A stretch of DNA of 64,000 nucleotides from Candidatus Saccharimonadales bacterium (lineage in GTDB: Bacteria; Patescibacteriota; Saccharimonadia; Saccharimonadales; 2-12-FULL-41-12). A model generated the notes under the pieces. It was not told the DNA's origin, made no database searches, and saw nothing but the letters and a program-made list of their open reading frames with translations. Shown piece after piece: positions 55,151 to 64,000 of the stretch (the stretch's first letter is position 1; every line of letters begins with the position of its first letter). A program made the position numbers and the translations under genes. Location: NCBI GenBank assembly GCA_041600715.1, contig JBFIJM010000001.1, forward strand, positions 320,387 to 384,386, read 5' to 3'.

Positions 55151-55960
55151 CTATTCAGCAGTTTTTCGCTTAAACAGAAATGATGCAAGCGGTATAGCCA
55201 ATGCTAGAATTATAATAGACCATACTACCGCCAGAACTACGTGATTTCCTGTAGATGTTCCCAGCATTAGAGCGCGGATAGCCTCGATGATGTGAGTAAT
55301 TGGCTGATTTTCTGCAAATGCTCTAAGGAATGCATTCATTCCTTCTGTCGGAACAAAAGCACTACTGGCAAAAGTTAGAGGAAACACTAAAACAAACGTC
55401 AGCCATTGAACACCTTCAACACTTTTGGCTAAAACTCCCATTATTGCTGCTACCCATGAGAATGCCAAGGTAAAGAGAATAAGTATTCCAGCGATAGTTA
55501 GCCAGTCGAAAAACCCAGCACTGCTACGGAAGCCCATGACGATTCCAGCAATGATCATAACGATGGTAGATAGACCATTTCTGAACAAATCAGAGATTAC
55601 ATGTCCGTTAAGAACTGCTAGGTTGCCCATAGGCAAAGACCTGAAGCGGTCAACAATACCCTTTTGCATATCATTACATACAGCTATAGCGGTGGTCGTT
55701 GAGCCAAACGCAACTGTTTGCACTATGATCCCAGCAAGAAGAAAATTTAAATAACTAATCCCATCGGGTAAAGCCAGTACAATCGCCCCGCCGAACACAG
55801 CAGAAAAGAGCACAAGAAACATTATAGGCTGAAAGAATGTTCCAAGTAGTTGGTCTGTGTTTCTAATTATGTGCCTTGAGCTCCTGCCAATCATTATCAA
55901 CGAGTCAGACATAGTCTGAATCAATTTTGGCTTGGTTTCAAATTCTAATTCAACAGACAT
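55151..55960 (-). CDS. ABC-2-type exporter permease
   Basis: 269 aa, 6 TM. Overlaps the ATPase gene stop by 1 nt. Confidence 0.8.
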   Translation of the reverse strand: MSVELEFETKPKLIQTMSDSLIMIGRSSRHIIRNTDQLLGTFFQPIMFLVLFSAVFGGAIVLALPDGISYLNFLLAGIIVQTVAFGSTTTAIAVCNDMQKGIVDRFRSLPMGNLAVLNGHVISDLFRNGLSTIVMIIAGIVMGFRSSAGFFDWLTIAGILILFTLAFSWVAAIMGVLAKSVEGVQWLTFVLVFPLTFASSAFVPTEGMNAFLRAFAENQPITHIIEAIRALMLGTSTGNHVVLAVVWSIIILALAIPLASFLFKRKTAE

Positions 55961-56910
55961 TATTTTTTGACTCCTCTAGTTTTGTTAGTTAAAGCCAAAA
56001 ATACATCGTCTAATGTTGGTTTATGTACCGCCATACTTGCAAGATTTATAGTTGCTTTATCTAGCTTGTCGAGTACATTTTTGACGTCCTTATTCGTATC
56101 AGTAATTACTGTTGTGACGGATCGTTCCTTTTCGTTATGATCGACTAAGGATTTATGAAGCAGTTTTGATGCTTTCTCATAATCTTTACCATTATTGAAC
56201 ATTAGCTCTAGCCGATCTTTACCAACTTTACTTTTGAGTTGTTTCGCCGTGCCCTCAGCAATTACCTTACCACCGTCAATAACCATAATCTGATCTGCAA
56301 GTTGATCAGCTTCTTCTAGGTACTGTGTAGTCAGTAAAATCGTCGTCCCATCCGCCATAAGATTTTTGATAATTTCCCACATCGCAAGTCGTGATCTTGG
56401 GTCAAGACCAGTTGTTGGCTCATCCAAAAAGATTACGGGAGGTTTTGCAATAAGACTTACAGCTAGGTCTAAGCGACGACGCATGCCTCCAGAATAAGTT
56501 TTTGCTGATCTATCAGATGCTTCTACTAGATCAAACTGTTCTAATAACTCCTGAGAACGCGCCTTGGCACTAGACTTTGTAAGCCTATACAATCTACCCA
56601 TCATAACTAGGTTTTCTCTACCTGTTAGAAGTTCATCAACCGCAGCAGATTGTCCGGTAAGACCTATGACACTTCTTACCTTATCCGGTTCATTGTGCAA
56701 ATCGAAGCCTTCAATTTTTACCTGGCCTTTGTCAGATTTAATAAGAGTGCTCAATATTTTAACCGTAGTTGTTTTTCCGGCTCCGTTTGGCCCAAGCAGA
56801 GCGAGCATTGTACCTCGTTTTACCTCGAGATCAATGCCTCTCAACACTTTATTTTTACCATAAGCCTTAGTAAGACCCTTGGCTACAATAACAACGTCGT
56901 TTTTACTCAT
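55960..56910 (-). CDS. ABC transporter ATP-binding protein (DrrA/ABC-2 type)
   Basis: Walker A GPNGAGKTT, signature YSGGMRRRL, Walker B VIFLDEPTTGLD, and a C-terminal accessory domain. Confidence 0.92.
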   Translation of the reverse strand: MSKNDVVIVAKGLTKAYGKNKVLRGIDLEVKRGTMLALLGPNGAGKTTTVKILSTLIKSDKGQVKIEGFDLHNEPDKVRSVIGLTGQSAAVDELLTGRENLVMMGRLYRLTKSSAKARSQELLEQFDLVEASDRSAKTYSGGMRRRLDLAVSLIAKPPVIFLDEPTTGLDPRSRLAMWEIIKNLMADGTTILLTTQYLEEADQLADQIMVIDGGKVIAEGTAKQLKSKVGKDRLELMFNNGKDYEKASKLLHKSLVDHNEKERSVTTVITDTNKDVKNVLDKLDKATINLASMAVHKPTLDDVFLALTNKTRGVKK

Positions 56911-57004
56911 ACTCTCAACCCTTTAACAGTTCGATTTCAATCAGTAATTATAACACGGTTTCCTTGATATTGACCTTCATGAGATACTAGTAAGTAATAG
57001 AATT

Positions 57005-58231
57005 ATGAACCGACAACCAAGAAAAACCACTCAGCCTAAAGCATTTGATATACACAGGACCCTGACATCGCCTAGTTCGGCCAAGGTTATTGCTTCTTCA
57101 AAAAACTCAAGTACAGCCTTACAGCCTGGTGCAGAACTTTCTCCTCGAGTACTTACTAAAGAGCCTACTAAAAACAAAACTAAACCAAAACGAAAAGTAG
57201 GCTGGAAGAGGTTTTTACTGGTAGTGCTCCTAATTATCTTAATTCCAGTTTTAATCATTGGTGTGTGGGATTATCGAAATTTTACAAAAGCGAGCGATAA
57301 AGTATTCGGCTCTAGTAATCCTGCTGAGCTATTGCTCCCCAGTACTCTTAAGACCGACTCAAATGGCAGGACAAACGTACTGATTGTAGGCTATTCGGCG
57401 GACCAGCCAAACCATGGAGGCGCATTACTGACTGACTCAATAATGATCGCCAGTCTGGATAAAGAGTCTAAGAAAGGATTCACTCTTAGTGTTCCACGGG
57501 ATCTATATGTTGACATACCAGATTATGGCGCTGGGAAGATTAACGAAGCATACCAGGCTGGAGAGCAACAAACATTTTCTGAACCTGGGAGTTTTGGTGG
57601 TGGAATGGAACTGCTTAGAAGGTTAGTCAGCGATAATTTTGGGATAGAGCTTCATTACTACGCTCTGGTTAATTACGGTGCAGTCAGGGGAACAGTTGAC
57701 GCCCTGGGAGGAGTTACTGTTAACGTTGAAAGTCCCGACCCGCGCGGAATTCACGACCCAAACTTCCTCCCAGAAGAAGGTGGCCCACTAACTCTCGTTA
57801 ACGGAATGCAGGAACTAGACGGTCAAACTGCCCTACGTTTCAGCAGAGCTCGCGGTGCAACATTCGGCTCGTACGGGTTCCCTCAGTCAGACTTTAACAG
57901 AACAGCTAATCAACAAAAGGTGTTTTCTGCTATTAAAGACGAGTTGTCATGGAAGCTTATTCTTGACCCGAGGACTAACGGAAAGGTATTTGATTCTGCC
58001 TCGAGCAACATAGAGACTAACCTAGAGTTGTCAGAAGTCCTACCTCTCTTCCGGCTTTTTAAATCAATCCCAGAAGGAGGCCTACAGCCTGTAAACCTGA
58101 GAGAGGCAGACGGAGGCATTAACCTGCTTACCGGCTATCAAACACCCTTTGGGCAATCTGCTCTAATACCTTCTGCGGGCCTTGAGGACTTTAGCGAAAT
58201 TAAATCATTCATCGACAGTTTAGAAAATTAA
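57005..58231 (+). CDS. LytR-CpsA-Psr (LCP) family glycopolymer transferase
   Basis: N-terminal cytoplasmic tail plus TM. LCP core NVLIVGYSAD...LLTDSIMIASLD...SVPRDLYVDIP...GKINEAY...RFSRAR. Confidence 0.88.
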   Translation: MNRQPRKTTQPKAFDIHRTLTSPSSAKVIASSKNSSTALQPGAELSPRVLTKEPTKNKTKPKRKVGWKRFLLVVLLIILIPVLIIGVWDYRNFTKASDKVFGSSNPAELLLPSTLKTDSNGRTNVLIVGYSADQPNHGGALLTDSIMIASLDKESKKGFTLSVPRDLYVDIPDYGAGKINEAYQAGEQQTFSEPGSFGGGMELLRRLVSDNFGIELHYYALVNYGAVRGTVDALGGVTVNVESPDPRGIHDPNFLPEEGGPLTLVNGMQELDGQTALRFSRARGATFGSYGFPQSDFNRTANQQKVFSAIKDELSWKLILDPRTNGKVFDSASSNIETNLELSEVLPLFRLFKSIPEGGLQPVNLREADGGINLLTGYQTPFGQSALIPSAGLEDFSEIKSFIDSLEN

Positions 58232-58235
58232 TTAC

Positions 58236-59267
58236 ATGAAACTACCCATCTATCGAAACATACGGGCAAGAGAACATCTTGATCTTTTTTTGATAAGCGC
58301 CATTACAAGTCTTCTAAGCGTGAGATTATACCTCGAATTAGCTGACTACCCACAAGTGGGAGGTGATACTCTTCATATCGCACACATGTTACCTGGTGGA
58401 TTCTTGATGATGTTTGCTTTAGTCATGAATTTTACTTTGCTCGGTAATCGAACCCGACAACTGAGCGCTGTAGTTGGCGGGATTGGATTTGGCGTGTTCA
58501 TAGATGAGCTTGGGAAGTTTATAACCAAAGACAATAACTACTTTTTTGAGCCTACAATTGGCCTAATTTACGCATTATTTGTTGTCTTGTATCTTGCATT
58601 TAATTTCCTGACAAAAGAACAAACATTGAGTTCTCGTGAATACCAGCTTAATGCTTTAGCTCAATTAGAAGAAGCGGTGGCACTAGACATGGATAAAGGT
58701 GAAAAAAAGGAAGTTTATGACCTTTTAAAAAAAGCGGACTCAAGAAGTAAAGTAACCAAAGAATTAATAAGACTTTTACAAAGTGTGGAAGTAAGCCCCG
58801 AAGAACACCATAGGAAATTGCACGTATTATTAAGAAAAATTGATAAAAGCTACGCTCGATTCTGGCAGAAGAAACGCTCAAACACGTATGTCAGAGCATT
58901 CTTCACCGTACAGGCAGTTGGTATATTCATAGGACTTCTTGTAGCTAACTATTCAAATGTAGATGACATAAACCTGCTTTTTGATCAGCACGTTTCGTAC
59001 GGAGAAGAATTAATTATAGGCCAGATCATGGCGTCTATCGTGTCGATTGGATTCGTTATTTACGGTCTTATTCGCCTGCCTAGATCTCGTCTTCAGGCGT
59101 TTGAGCAGTTCAGAAGAGCAACTCTCATTAACATATATCTTACCCAGTTTTTTGCATTTTCAAGAATTCAATTCGAAGCACTTTATGGATTCGGGGCCAG
59201 CTTGATTATACTTTTTCTGATAGGTTTTATATTACGAGAAGAACGACGACTGGAACACATCAAATGA
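58236..59267 (+). CDS. Hypothetical membrane protein
   Basis: 343 aa. N-terminal TM bundle with HIAHMLPGG and GFGVFIDELGKF motifs, a central charged helical domain, and C-terminal TMs. Overlaps the next gene by 4 nt. Confidence 0.6.
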   Translation: MKLPIYRNIRAREHLDLFLISAITSLLSVRLYLELADYPQVGGDTLHIAHMLPGGFLMMFALVMNFTLLGNRTRQLSAVVGGIGFGVFIDELGKFITKDNNYFFEPTIGLIYALFVVLYLAFNFLTKEQTLSSREYQLNALAQLEEAVALDMDKGEKKEVYDLLKKADSRSKVTKELIRLLQSVEVSPEEHHRKLHVLLRKIDKSYARFWQKKRSNTYVRAFFTVQAVGIFIGLLVANYSNVDDINLLFDQHVSYGEELIIGQIMASIVSIGFVIYGLIRLPRSRLQAFEQFRRATLINIYLTQFFAFSRIQFEALYGFGASLIILFLIGFILREERRLEHIK

Positions 59268-59662
59268 ACATTTCTGACAAAGAATTTGATGAGATTATAT
59301 CAAGTGCATTAGATGAGTTGCCTCAAAAATTCATACAAGGATTAAATAACGTTGTTATCACCTATGAGAATGAACCTTCACAGGAACAGAGAGTTCAGCT
59401 TCAACTTAGGTGCAACCAATCACTATTTGGTTTATATGAGGGAATACCTCTAACAAAACGCCCCTCCTCTGACAGTATGCTTTCAAGTAATGTAATGCGC
59501 CTTCCAGATAAGATAACTATATTCAAAAATTCTATCCTTAGAGTCTCCCGTACCCGTGAGGACTTCGCTAAGCAAGTAAAGCACACACTTTGGCATGAGA
59601 TAGCTCATTATTATGGCCTAGATCATAAAAGAATCCATGCAATAGAACGTGGCGAAGTTTAA
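59264..59662 (+). CDS. Zincin-like metallopeptidase-family protein (DUF1025-type)
   Basis: 132 aa with C-terminal HEIAHYYG (HExxH). Confidence 0.75.
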   Translation: MNISDKEFDEIISSALDELPQKFIQGLNNVVITYENEPSQEQRVQLQLRCNQSLFGLYEGIPLTKRPSSDSMLSSNVMRLPDKITIFKNSILRVSRTREDFAKQVKHTLWHEIAHYYGLDHKRIHAIERGEV

Positions 59663-59732
59663 GTAGCCTGATATACTAATTTGTAGAGCACTTTGATATA
59701 CAACATAGTAAACCACAGGAGCGATATAGTTC

Positions 59733-60137
59733 ATGTCTAAGGTAGGCCAAAGTGAGTATGTGCCAGGCGTGTGTAATATTGGAAGCGTAGAAGCTATAAA
59801 TCGTCGTAAAATGGCGATAAACGCTTCTCTGTTAACAATTTTCGTTTGGGGCTCATTTCTGGTACTAAAAGCGCCTGTTTTCACGTATGTTCTCATTGCA
59901 TTACCTGCATTTGTGGCTACAACCGCTTATCTGCAATCTAGGTATCGATTTTGCGCGGGATTTGGGGCGGAAGGAATATACAATTTCAGTACACAAATAG
60001 GCAAAACACAACGGGTGATGAGCCCACAAGACCGTGCCAAGGATAAGAAGAAGGCTGTGAGCATAACTATTCAGGCTACAGCAATAAGCATAGTAATATC
60101 AATTTTTGCTGGAATCACGTCGCTTATTCTTAAATAA
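59733..60137 (+). CDS. Hypothetical 3-TM membrane protein
   Basis: 134 aa; N-terminal CNIGSVEAINRR motif then TM helices. No secure family. Confidence 0.55.
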   Translation: MSKVGQSEYVPGVCNIGSVEAINRRKMAINASLLTIFVWGSFLVLKAPVFTYVLIALPAFVATTAYLQSRYRFCAGFGAEGIYNFSTQIGKTQRVMSPQDRAKDKKKAVSITIQATAISIVISIFAGITSLILK

Positions 60138-61317
60138 GTCGTTGGATAGCTATTTCAAACCCTGCCTGCTTTAGAGAAATACTGTGTTTCTCGGCGTAAT
60201 CAATCATACTTCTTGTGGAAGTGGTTAGAGATTCATCCAATTTTTTACGTACTTCGTCAACCGACCAATGTTCATTATTATTATTCTGTAACCACTCATA
60301 ATAGCTTACTATTACGCCCCCAGCGTTTGCGACAATATCAGGAATTATTATAGTTCCCTTCTTATGCAAAAGCTCGTGGGCTTGGTGCGTTACTGGACCA
60401 TTAGCCAACTCTAAAATTATGCCAGCATGTACTGTGCTTTCATTATCCTTGCGCACCGATCCATCCAAAGCAGCGCATACGAGAACATCAACTTCTTCGC
60501 GTATGATGGCATCGCTATCAGTCTGATAATCTGACTGTTCTTCAAGCAAACTAATAATATCTCTCGAGTACTGAGTGTTTGTAAAATTAAACCCGTCCGC
60601 TGATAATAAAGTCTGCTTGGAGTTTGATACAGCAACAATACTAACACCTAATTCTTCATGTGCTATCTTTGAGAAATAATAACCTACGTTACCGATACCT
60701 TGAACAGCTACTGTAATGTTTTTAGGGCTTTTTCTTAGTCTTTTTAATACCTCTCGGAGCACAATAACCCCTCCCCTTCCTGTAGCTTCCTCTCGTCCTT
60801 CACTACCACCATTTGACAGTGACTTACCTGTAAAACTAGCCCTCGTTGCATCTCCAGTAATTGACTGGTACTCGTCAACCATCCAGTCGATTATTTCTGC
60901 ATTAGTATTTACATCTGGAGCAGGTATGTCCTTATTGGGGCCGAGATGCTTATGCAAAGCTTGTACATAAGCCCTTGCTACTTTTTCGAGATGCTCTTTC
61001 GTGTGACTCTTGGCATCAATCACCACACCACCCTTCCCGCCACCTAAAGGAATATCCACCACCGCCGTTTTAAAGCTCATAAGTGTAGCTAGTGCTTCAA
61101 CTTCATCAAAGTCAACTTCATGATGAAAGCGAATTCCGCCTTTGTAAGGCCCTCGTTTATTACTATGTTGTACTCTGAACGCGCTGTAATCTTGTCCGTC
61201 CACGGTTATTGTTGAGCTATGTTTATAGTTTGCAGAAAGCAAGGCTTTCCTGTTTTCTTCGCTTAGCTGTAACCTGTCTGAAGCTTGATTGATCATTGAT
61301 TTTGCTGATTCTAACAT
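60130..61317 (-). CDS. gdh: Glutamate (Glu/Leu/Phe/Val-family) dehydrogenase
   Basis: Catalytic PLGGGKGGV, Rossmann VQGIGNVGYY; 395 aa. Confidence 0.93.
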   Translation of the reverse strand: MLESAKSMINQASDRLQLSEENRKALLSANYKHSSTITVDGQDYSAFRVQHSNKRGPYKGGIRFHHEVDFDEVEALATLMSFKTAVVDIPLGGGKGGVVIDAKSHTKEHLEKVARAYVQALHKHLGPNKDIPAPDVNTNAEIIDWMVDEYQSITGDATRASFTGKSLSNGGSEGREEATGRGGVIVLREVLKRLRKSPKNITVAVQGIGNVGYYFSKIAHEELGVSIVAVSNSKQTLLSADGFNFTNTQYSRDIISLLEEQSDYQTDSDAIIREEVDVLVCAALDGSVRKDNESTVHAGIILELANGPVTHQAHELLHKKGTIIIPDIVANAGGVIVSYYEWLQNNNNEHWSVDEVRKKLDESLTTSTRSMIDYAEKHSISLKQAGFEIAIQRLI

Positions 61318-61504
61318 TATCTCAGATTAACATACTTCATATTGTAAAGTTTCTGCTATACTAAATATTTAGAAGAAGCAACCCTGGGCTGTATATAGGA
61401 TCAGATGTCCGATTAATGACTTCCTGAACTGGTCTAGCCTCATAAAAATTTTAGTATGATGATAAGACACAAGCTTGGCATCTTCTGTAATAATTATTAG
61501 CAAT

Positions 61505-62638
61505 ATGACAACAACTACTTCAAAAACACATCACAATTTACTGTCTAATAATCGTTTCTGGATTCTACTGTTCGGTGGGTTTCTCTCAGTATTAGTTTTT
61601 GTCAGTGTGTGGTCGCTTATTCCAGGTGGTGATAATCTTCGCTTAATACGCCTTCAACAGCTATATGGTTTCATAGGAATAGTGTTCATCTACATTGCCA
61701 TTCTTGCCACTCCCCTTACTAAAGTTTTTGTAAATTTCCCAGGCAGAGAAACTTACCTTCATGCCCGCAGGGCCATCGGTGTTAGTGCATTCTACTTTTC
61801 TTCCCTTCATACAGGCATAGTCTTATTTGGACAACTGGGGGGTCTATCAAACATATCTTATCTAACTGGACTATACCAGCTTTCATTATTTTTGGGGTGT
61901 ATCGCATTATTAATCCTCTTCCTCATGGCGTTAACATCCTTCGACAAAGTTATCGACAAGATGGGCTTTTCTAATTGGAAAAAATTACATCGTTTCATTT
62001 ATCTAGCTAGCTTCTTACTAATAATCCATGTTGCTTTGATAGGCACCCACTTCGCTTACGGCGCGAGCCCAGTATCATACATATCTATAGTTGGGGTATT
62101 TATTTTAGCCTTGTTCGAACTTACCAGAATCAATATGAACTTGGGTACTCGAATGAAAGCTAAGCCTCTTACTGGATCGATGCTCTTAGCATTACTGTAT
62201 CTATTAATCTTAGGAGCAGGAGTCATAGTTGGCAATAATCAAGTTGATCTATCTGGCGAAAAGACCCACTCATCACATGGTGAAACATCTCAACATGGCG
62301 AAGAGTATGTCAGCTTCGACCCAGTTGCAAATCTAGACGACAGGGCCATTAGAATCAGTCAAAAACAACTTTCGCAGGAATCATTAATAGCTGGAAAAAC
62401 GCTTCAGTTTGATATTACCCCAAATTATGCTGACTTAAACAAGGTAAGCTGTTTTCTTGTAAACCAAGAAACATATCTCTATACTCACGGGTTTGCAAAA
62501 ATAAATGAAAACGGAGTAGAGTGCCTACCTATAGGCGACACAAATCCTCCTCAACCGGGTTTTTATACCATATACCTCAGGCTTGAACGTTCTGGCCAGG
62601 TGTCAACCGTACCATTCAACTTGGAAATTACCCAATGA
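61505..62638 (+). CDS. Ferric-reductase/MsrQ-like transmembrane protein with C-terminal extracytoplasmic domain
   Basis: About 7 TM. His pairs LHARRAIGVSAFYFSSLH and WKKLHRFIYLASFLLIIH. His-rich linker HSSHGETSQHGEE and a C-terminal domain of about 130 aa. ATG 61505 is preferred over TTG 61475. Confidence 0.65.
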   Translation: MTTTTSKTHHNLLSNNRFWILLFGGFLSVLVFVSVWSLIPGGDNLRLIRLQQLYGFIGIVFIYIAILATPLTKVFVNFPGRETYLHARRAIGVSAFYFSSLHTGIVLFGQLGGLSNISYLTGLYQLSLFLGCIALLILFLMALTSFDKVIDKMGFSNWKKLHRFIYLASFLLIIHVALIGTHFAYGASPVSYISIVGVFILALFELTRINMNLGTRMKAKPLTGSMLLALLYLLILGAGVIVGNNQVDLSGEKTHSSHGETSQHGEEYVSFDPVANLDDRAIRISQKQLSQESLIAGKTLQFDITPNYADLNKVSCFLVNQETYLYTHGFAKINENGVECLPIGDTNPPQPGFYTIYLRLERSGQVSTVPFNLEITQ

Positions 62639-63153
62639 GTTTTTTACTAAAGATCTTAAGTCTAGTTTATGCGTTTTCTATTATTATTTTTCCGAGTTTA
62701 GTTACAGCACATGTAGTTAAGTCTGATAAATCTATCGGGGCAGTGCTCCATATTGACCCAGACGACGATCCAATAGCTGGTGAGAAGTCCACATTTTTCT
62801 TTGATATAAAGGATAAATCTGGCAGATTCCAAGAAAGTAACTGTAAATGTAAGTTGATAGTAAAACAATCTGATATAGTCATCTACGAAGAATTATTCAA
62901 TCGATCAGGGGGAGGCACATTTTCGTTTCCTGAGCGAGGAGTATACTCCGTTAGTGCGGTAGGCGAGCCTATTTCCGGTAACACATTTACCCCATTTGAG
63001 TTAAGTTATAATATAAGAGTCGAGAGGGGGGTTGGCAAGAATACCGAAAAGGTTAACATATCCAATCGAATCCCATTTGTCCTAACAGGCGTTATTGCTA
63101 GTCTCTTTCTTTTTATCTTTATACGTTATAAAATAGTTCATAGTATTAAGTAA
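62635..63153 (+). CDS. Secreted, C-terminally anchored protein with predicted N-terminal His (unknown family)
   Basis: Signal peptide ...FPSLVTA|HVVKSD, a beta-rich domain (LHIDPDDDPIAGEKSTFFFDIKD) and a C-terminal TM. ATGA overlap with the upstream gene. Confidence 0.55.
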   Translation: MSFLLKILSLVYAFSIIIFPSLVTAHVVKSDKSIGAVLHIDPDDDPIAGEKSTFFFDIKDKSGRFQESNCKCKLIVKQSDIVIYEELFNRSGGGTFSFPERGVYSVSAVGEPISGNTFTPFELSYNIRVERGVGKNTEKVNISNRIPFVLTGVIASLFLFIFIRYKIVHSIK

Positions 63154-63794
63154 TGGAGTCCTCTGCTATGCCTAAGTTTTATAAAATATCAAGCACATTA
63201 ATGTTAGCGTTAGTGAGTATTTTTGTACTACCGGCAATGGCATCTGCTCATATTGTTGTTTCTCCCAATCAAGTAGTTGTCGGTAAGCGACAGGTTTTTT
63301 CTGTAGGAGTTCCTAACGAAAGTGATACAGCCCAAGTAATTAATGTTCGTTTAGTTATACCTGAGAACCTTGAATCAGTTGTGCCCAACACTAAGCCCGG
63401 ATGGACCATAGAGATCAAGAAATTGGATTCAGGCGATGATGCTAAAATTACAGAAATAATTTGGAGTGGTGGTTCGATACCGCAAGGACAACGGGACGAT
63501 TTCCTATTTCAGGCGAAGGCTCCATCCAAAACTAGTGAGTTAGGATGGAAAGCATACGAAACATATTCAGACGGCAAAGTGGTAGCCTGGGATCAAGAGC
63601 CTAAAGTTGGTGGTCATAGCGAAGATTCAAAGCCCTATTCAGTTACCAAAGTTATTGACGACTTTGATGTTGCAGCCACTACAGCTCCGGCCGTGCCTAG
63701 CGCTAGTAACGTTAGAGCAAACTTAGCTCTGGCAGTAGGCGGGCTTGGATTGTTAATAGCTACAGGTTTAGCTACGAAACGTTACAAGAAATAG
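63153..63794 (+). CDS. ycnI: YcnI/DUF1775-family copper-binding protein, C-terminally anchored
   Basis: Signal peptide ...AMASA|HIVVSPNQVVVGKRQVFSVGVPNES, GWTIEIKK and ITEIIWSGGSIPQGQRDDF match the DUF1775 pattern. TAATG overlap with the upstream gene. Confidence 0.8.
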   Translation: MESSAMPKFYKISSTLMLALVSIFVLPAMASAHIVVSPNQVVVGKRQVFSVGVPNESDTAQVINVRLVIPENLESVVPNTKPGWTIEIKKLDSGDDAKITEIIWSGGSIPQGQRDDFLFQAKAPSKTSELGWKAYETYSDGKVVAWDQEPKVGGHSEDSKPYSVTKVIDDFDVAATTAPAVPSASNVRANLALAVGGLGLLIATGLATKRYKK

Positions 63795-63848
63795 TCTACA
63801 AAACATTAATCACATTGCCTTGTTTTATCAATCACGATGACTCAGTTT

Positions 63849-64000
63849 TTATAGCCTAGCTTCTACAGCCGACCAATCTACTACTTCCCACCAGTTTGTA
63901 ACATACTCTGGACGACGATTCTGATATTTTAGATAGTAGGCGTGCTCCCACACGTCTAATCCAAGAATAGGCCTTATTCCTTCCATAATAGGGGTGTCTT
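63849..64000 (-). CDS. sod: Fe/Mn superoxide dismutase, C-terminal 49 aa (5' part off the right edge)
   Basis: Not in the ORF track. Minus-strand translation reads [49 protein letters not shown], the canonical Fe/Mn-SOD C-terminus. Confidence 0.9.
   Translation of the reverse strand, partial: DTPIMEGIRPILGLDVWEHAYYLKYQNRRPEYVTNWWEVVDWSAVEARL

Noticed and set aside
1-64000. Alternative genetic code (UGA recoding, as in some CPR lineages).
   Set aside because: Conserved genes end at TGA at the expected lengths (for example trmH and gatA). Long ORFs are intact under the standard code.

Overview
This is a 64 kb, gene-dense, AT-rich stretch of bacterial chromosome that uses the standard genetic code. 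I count about 68 CDS, one tRNA, short intergenic gaps and many 1-4 nt start/stop overlaps. All calls come from reading motifs by eye in the supplied translations and DNA; no database, HMM or covariance-model search was run.

Likely organism (inference only, no rRNA in the window): a reduced-genome Patescibacteria/CPR bacterium, most like Saccharibacteria. The supporting gene content is gatCAB, a two-subunit transketolase, an orphan pilB, Gram-positive-type envelope genes (LCP, LysM-CHAP, PAP2, SanA), many small orphan membrane proteins and almost no biosynthesis.

Layout:
- 0-16.7 kb: housekeeping genes (malic enzyme fragment, pilB, trmH, dnaE, galU, gatC-gatA-orf136-gatB, uvrB).
- 16.7-25.1 kb: one minus-strand sugar-phosphate supercluster (gap, rpiB, rpe-like, split tkt, fba, PfkB kinase, an unknown 402-aa protein, a LOG/TIGR00725-like protein, ppa).
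- 25.8-30.6 kb: a redox/copper neighbourhood (FNR-like reductase, two cupredoxin paralogues, a His-rich helical secreted protein, MarR, trxB, glutaredoxin-like).
- 30.6-45.3 kb: housekeeping genes (FKBP, Nudix, DUF2207, pheST, yajQ, rmuC, zupT/zur, typA, corA, metK). metK has a candidate SAM-I-like riboswitch leader.
- 45.4-49.8 kb: tRNA-Gln followed by an accessory-looking stretch. It holds an 11-bp repeat of the tRNA 3' end, a 454-bp non-coding gap and a secreted glycoside hydrolase with near-identical C-terminal repeats.
- 49.8-59.7 kb: cell-envelope locus.
- 60.1-64.0 kb: gdh, then a coupled three-gene operon (ferric-reductase-like membrane protein, an N-terminal-His secreted protein, YcnI), then a truncated Fe/Mn SOD.

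I saw no CRISPR array, transposase, integrase or recognisable defence system. The best candidates for undescribed biology:
- the ferric-reductase-like/YcnI operon
- the cupredoxin cluster
- the unknown protein and LOG-like protein embedded in the pentose-phosphate cluster
- the tRNA-adjacent hydrolase region
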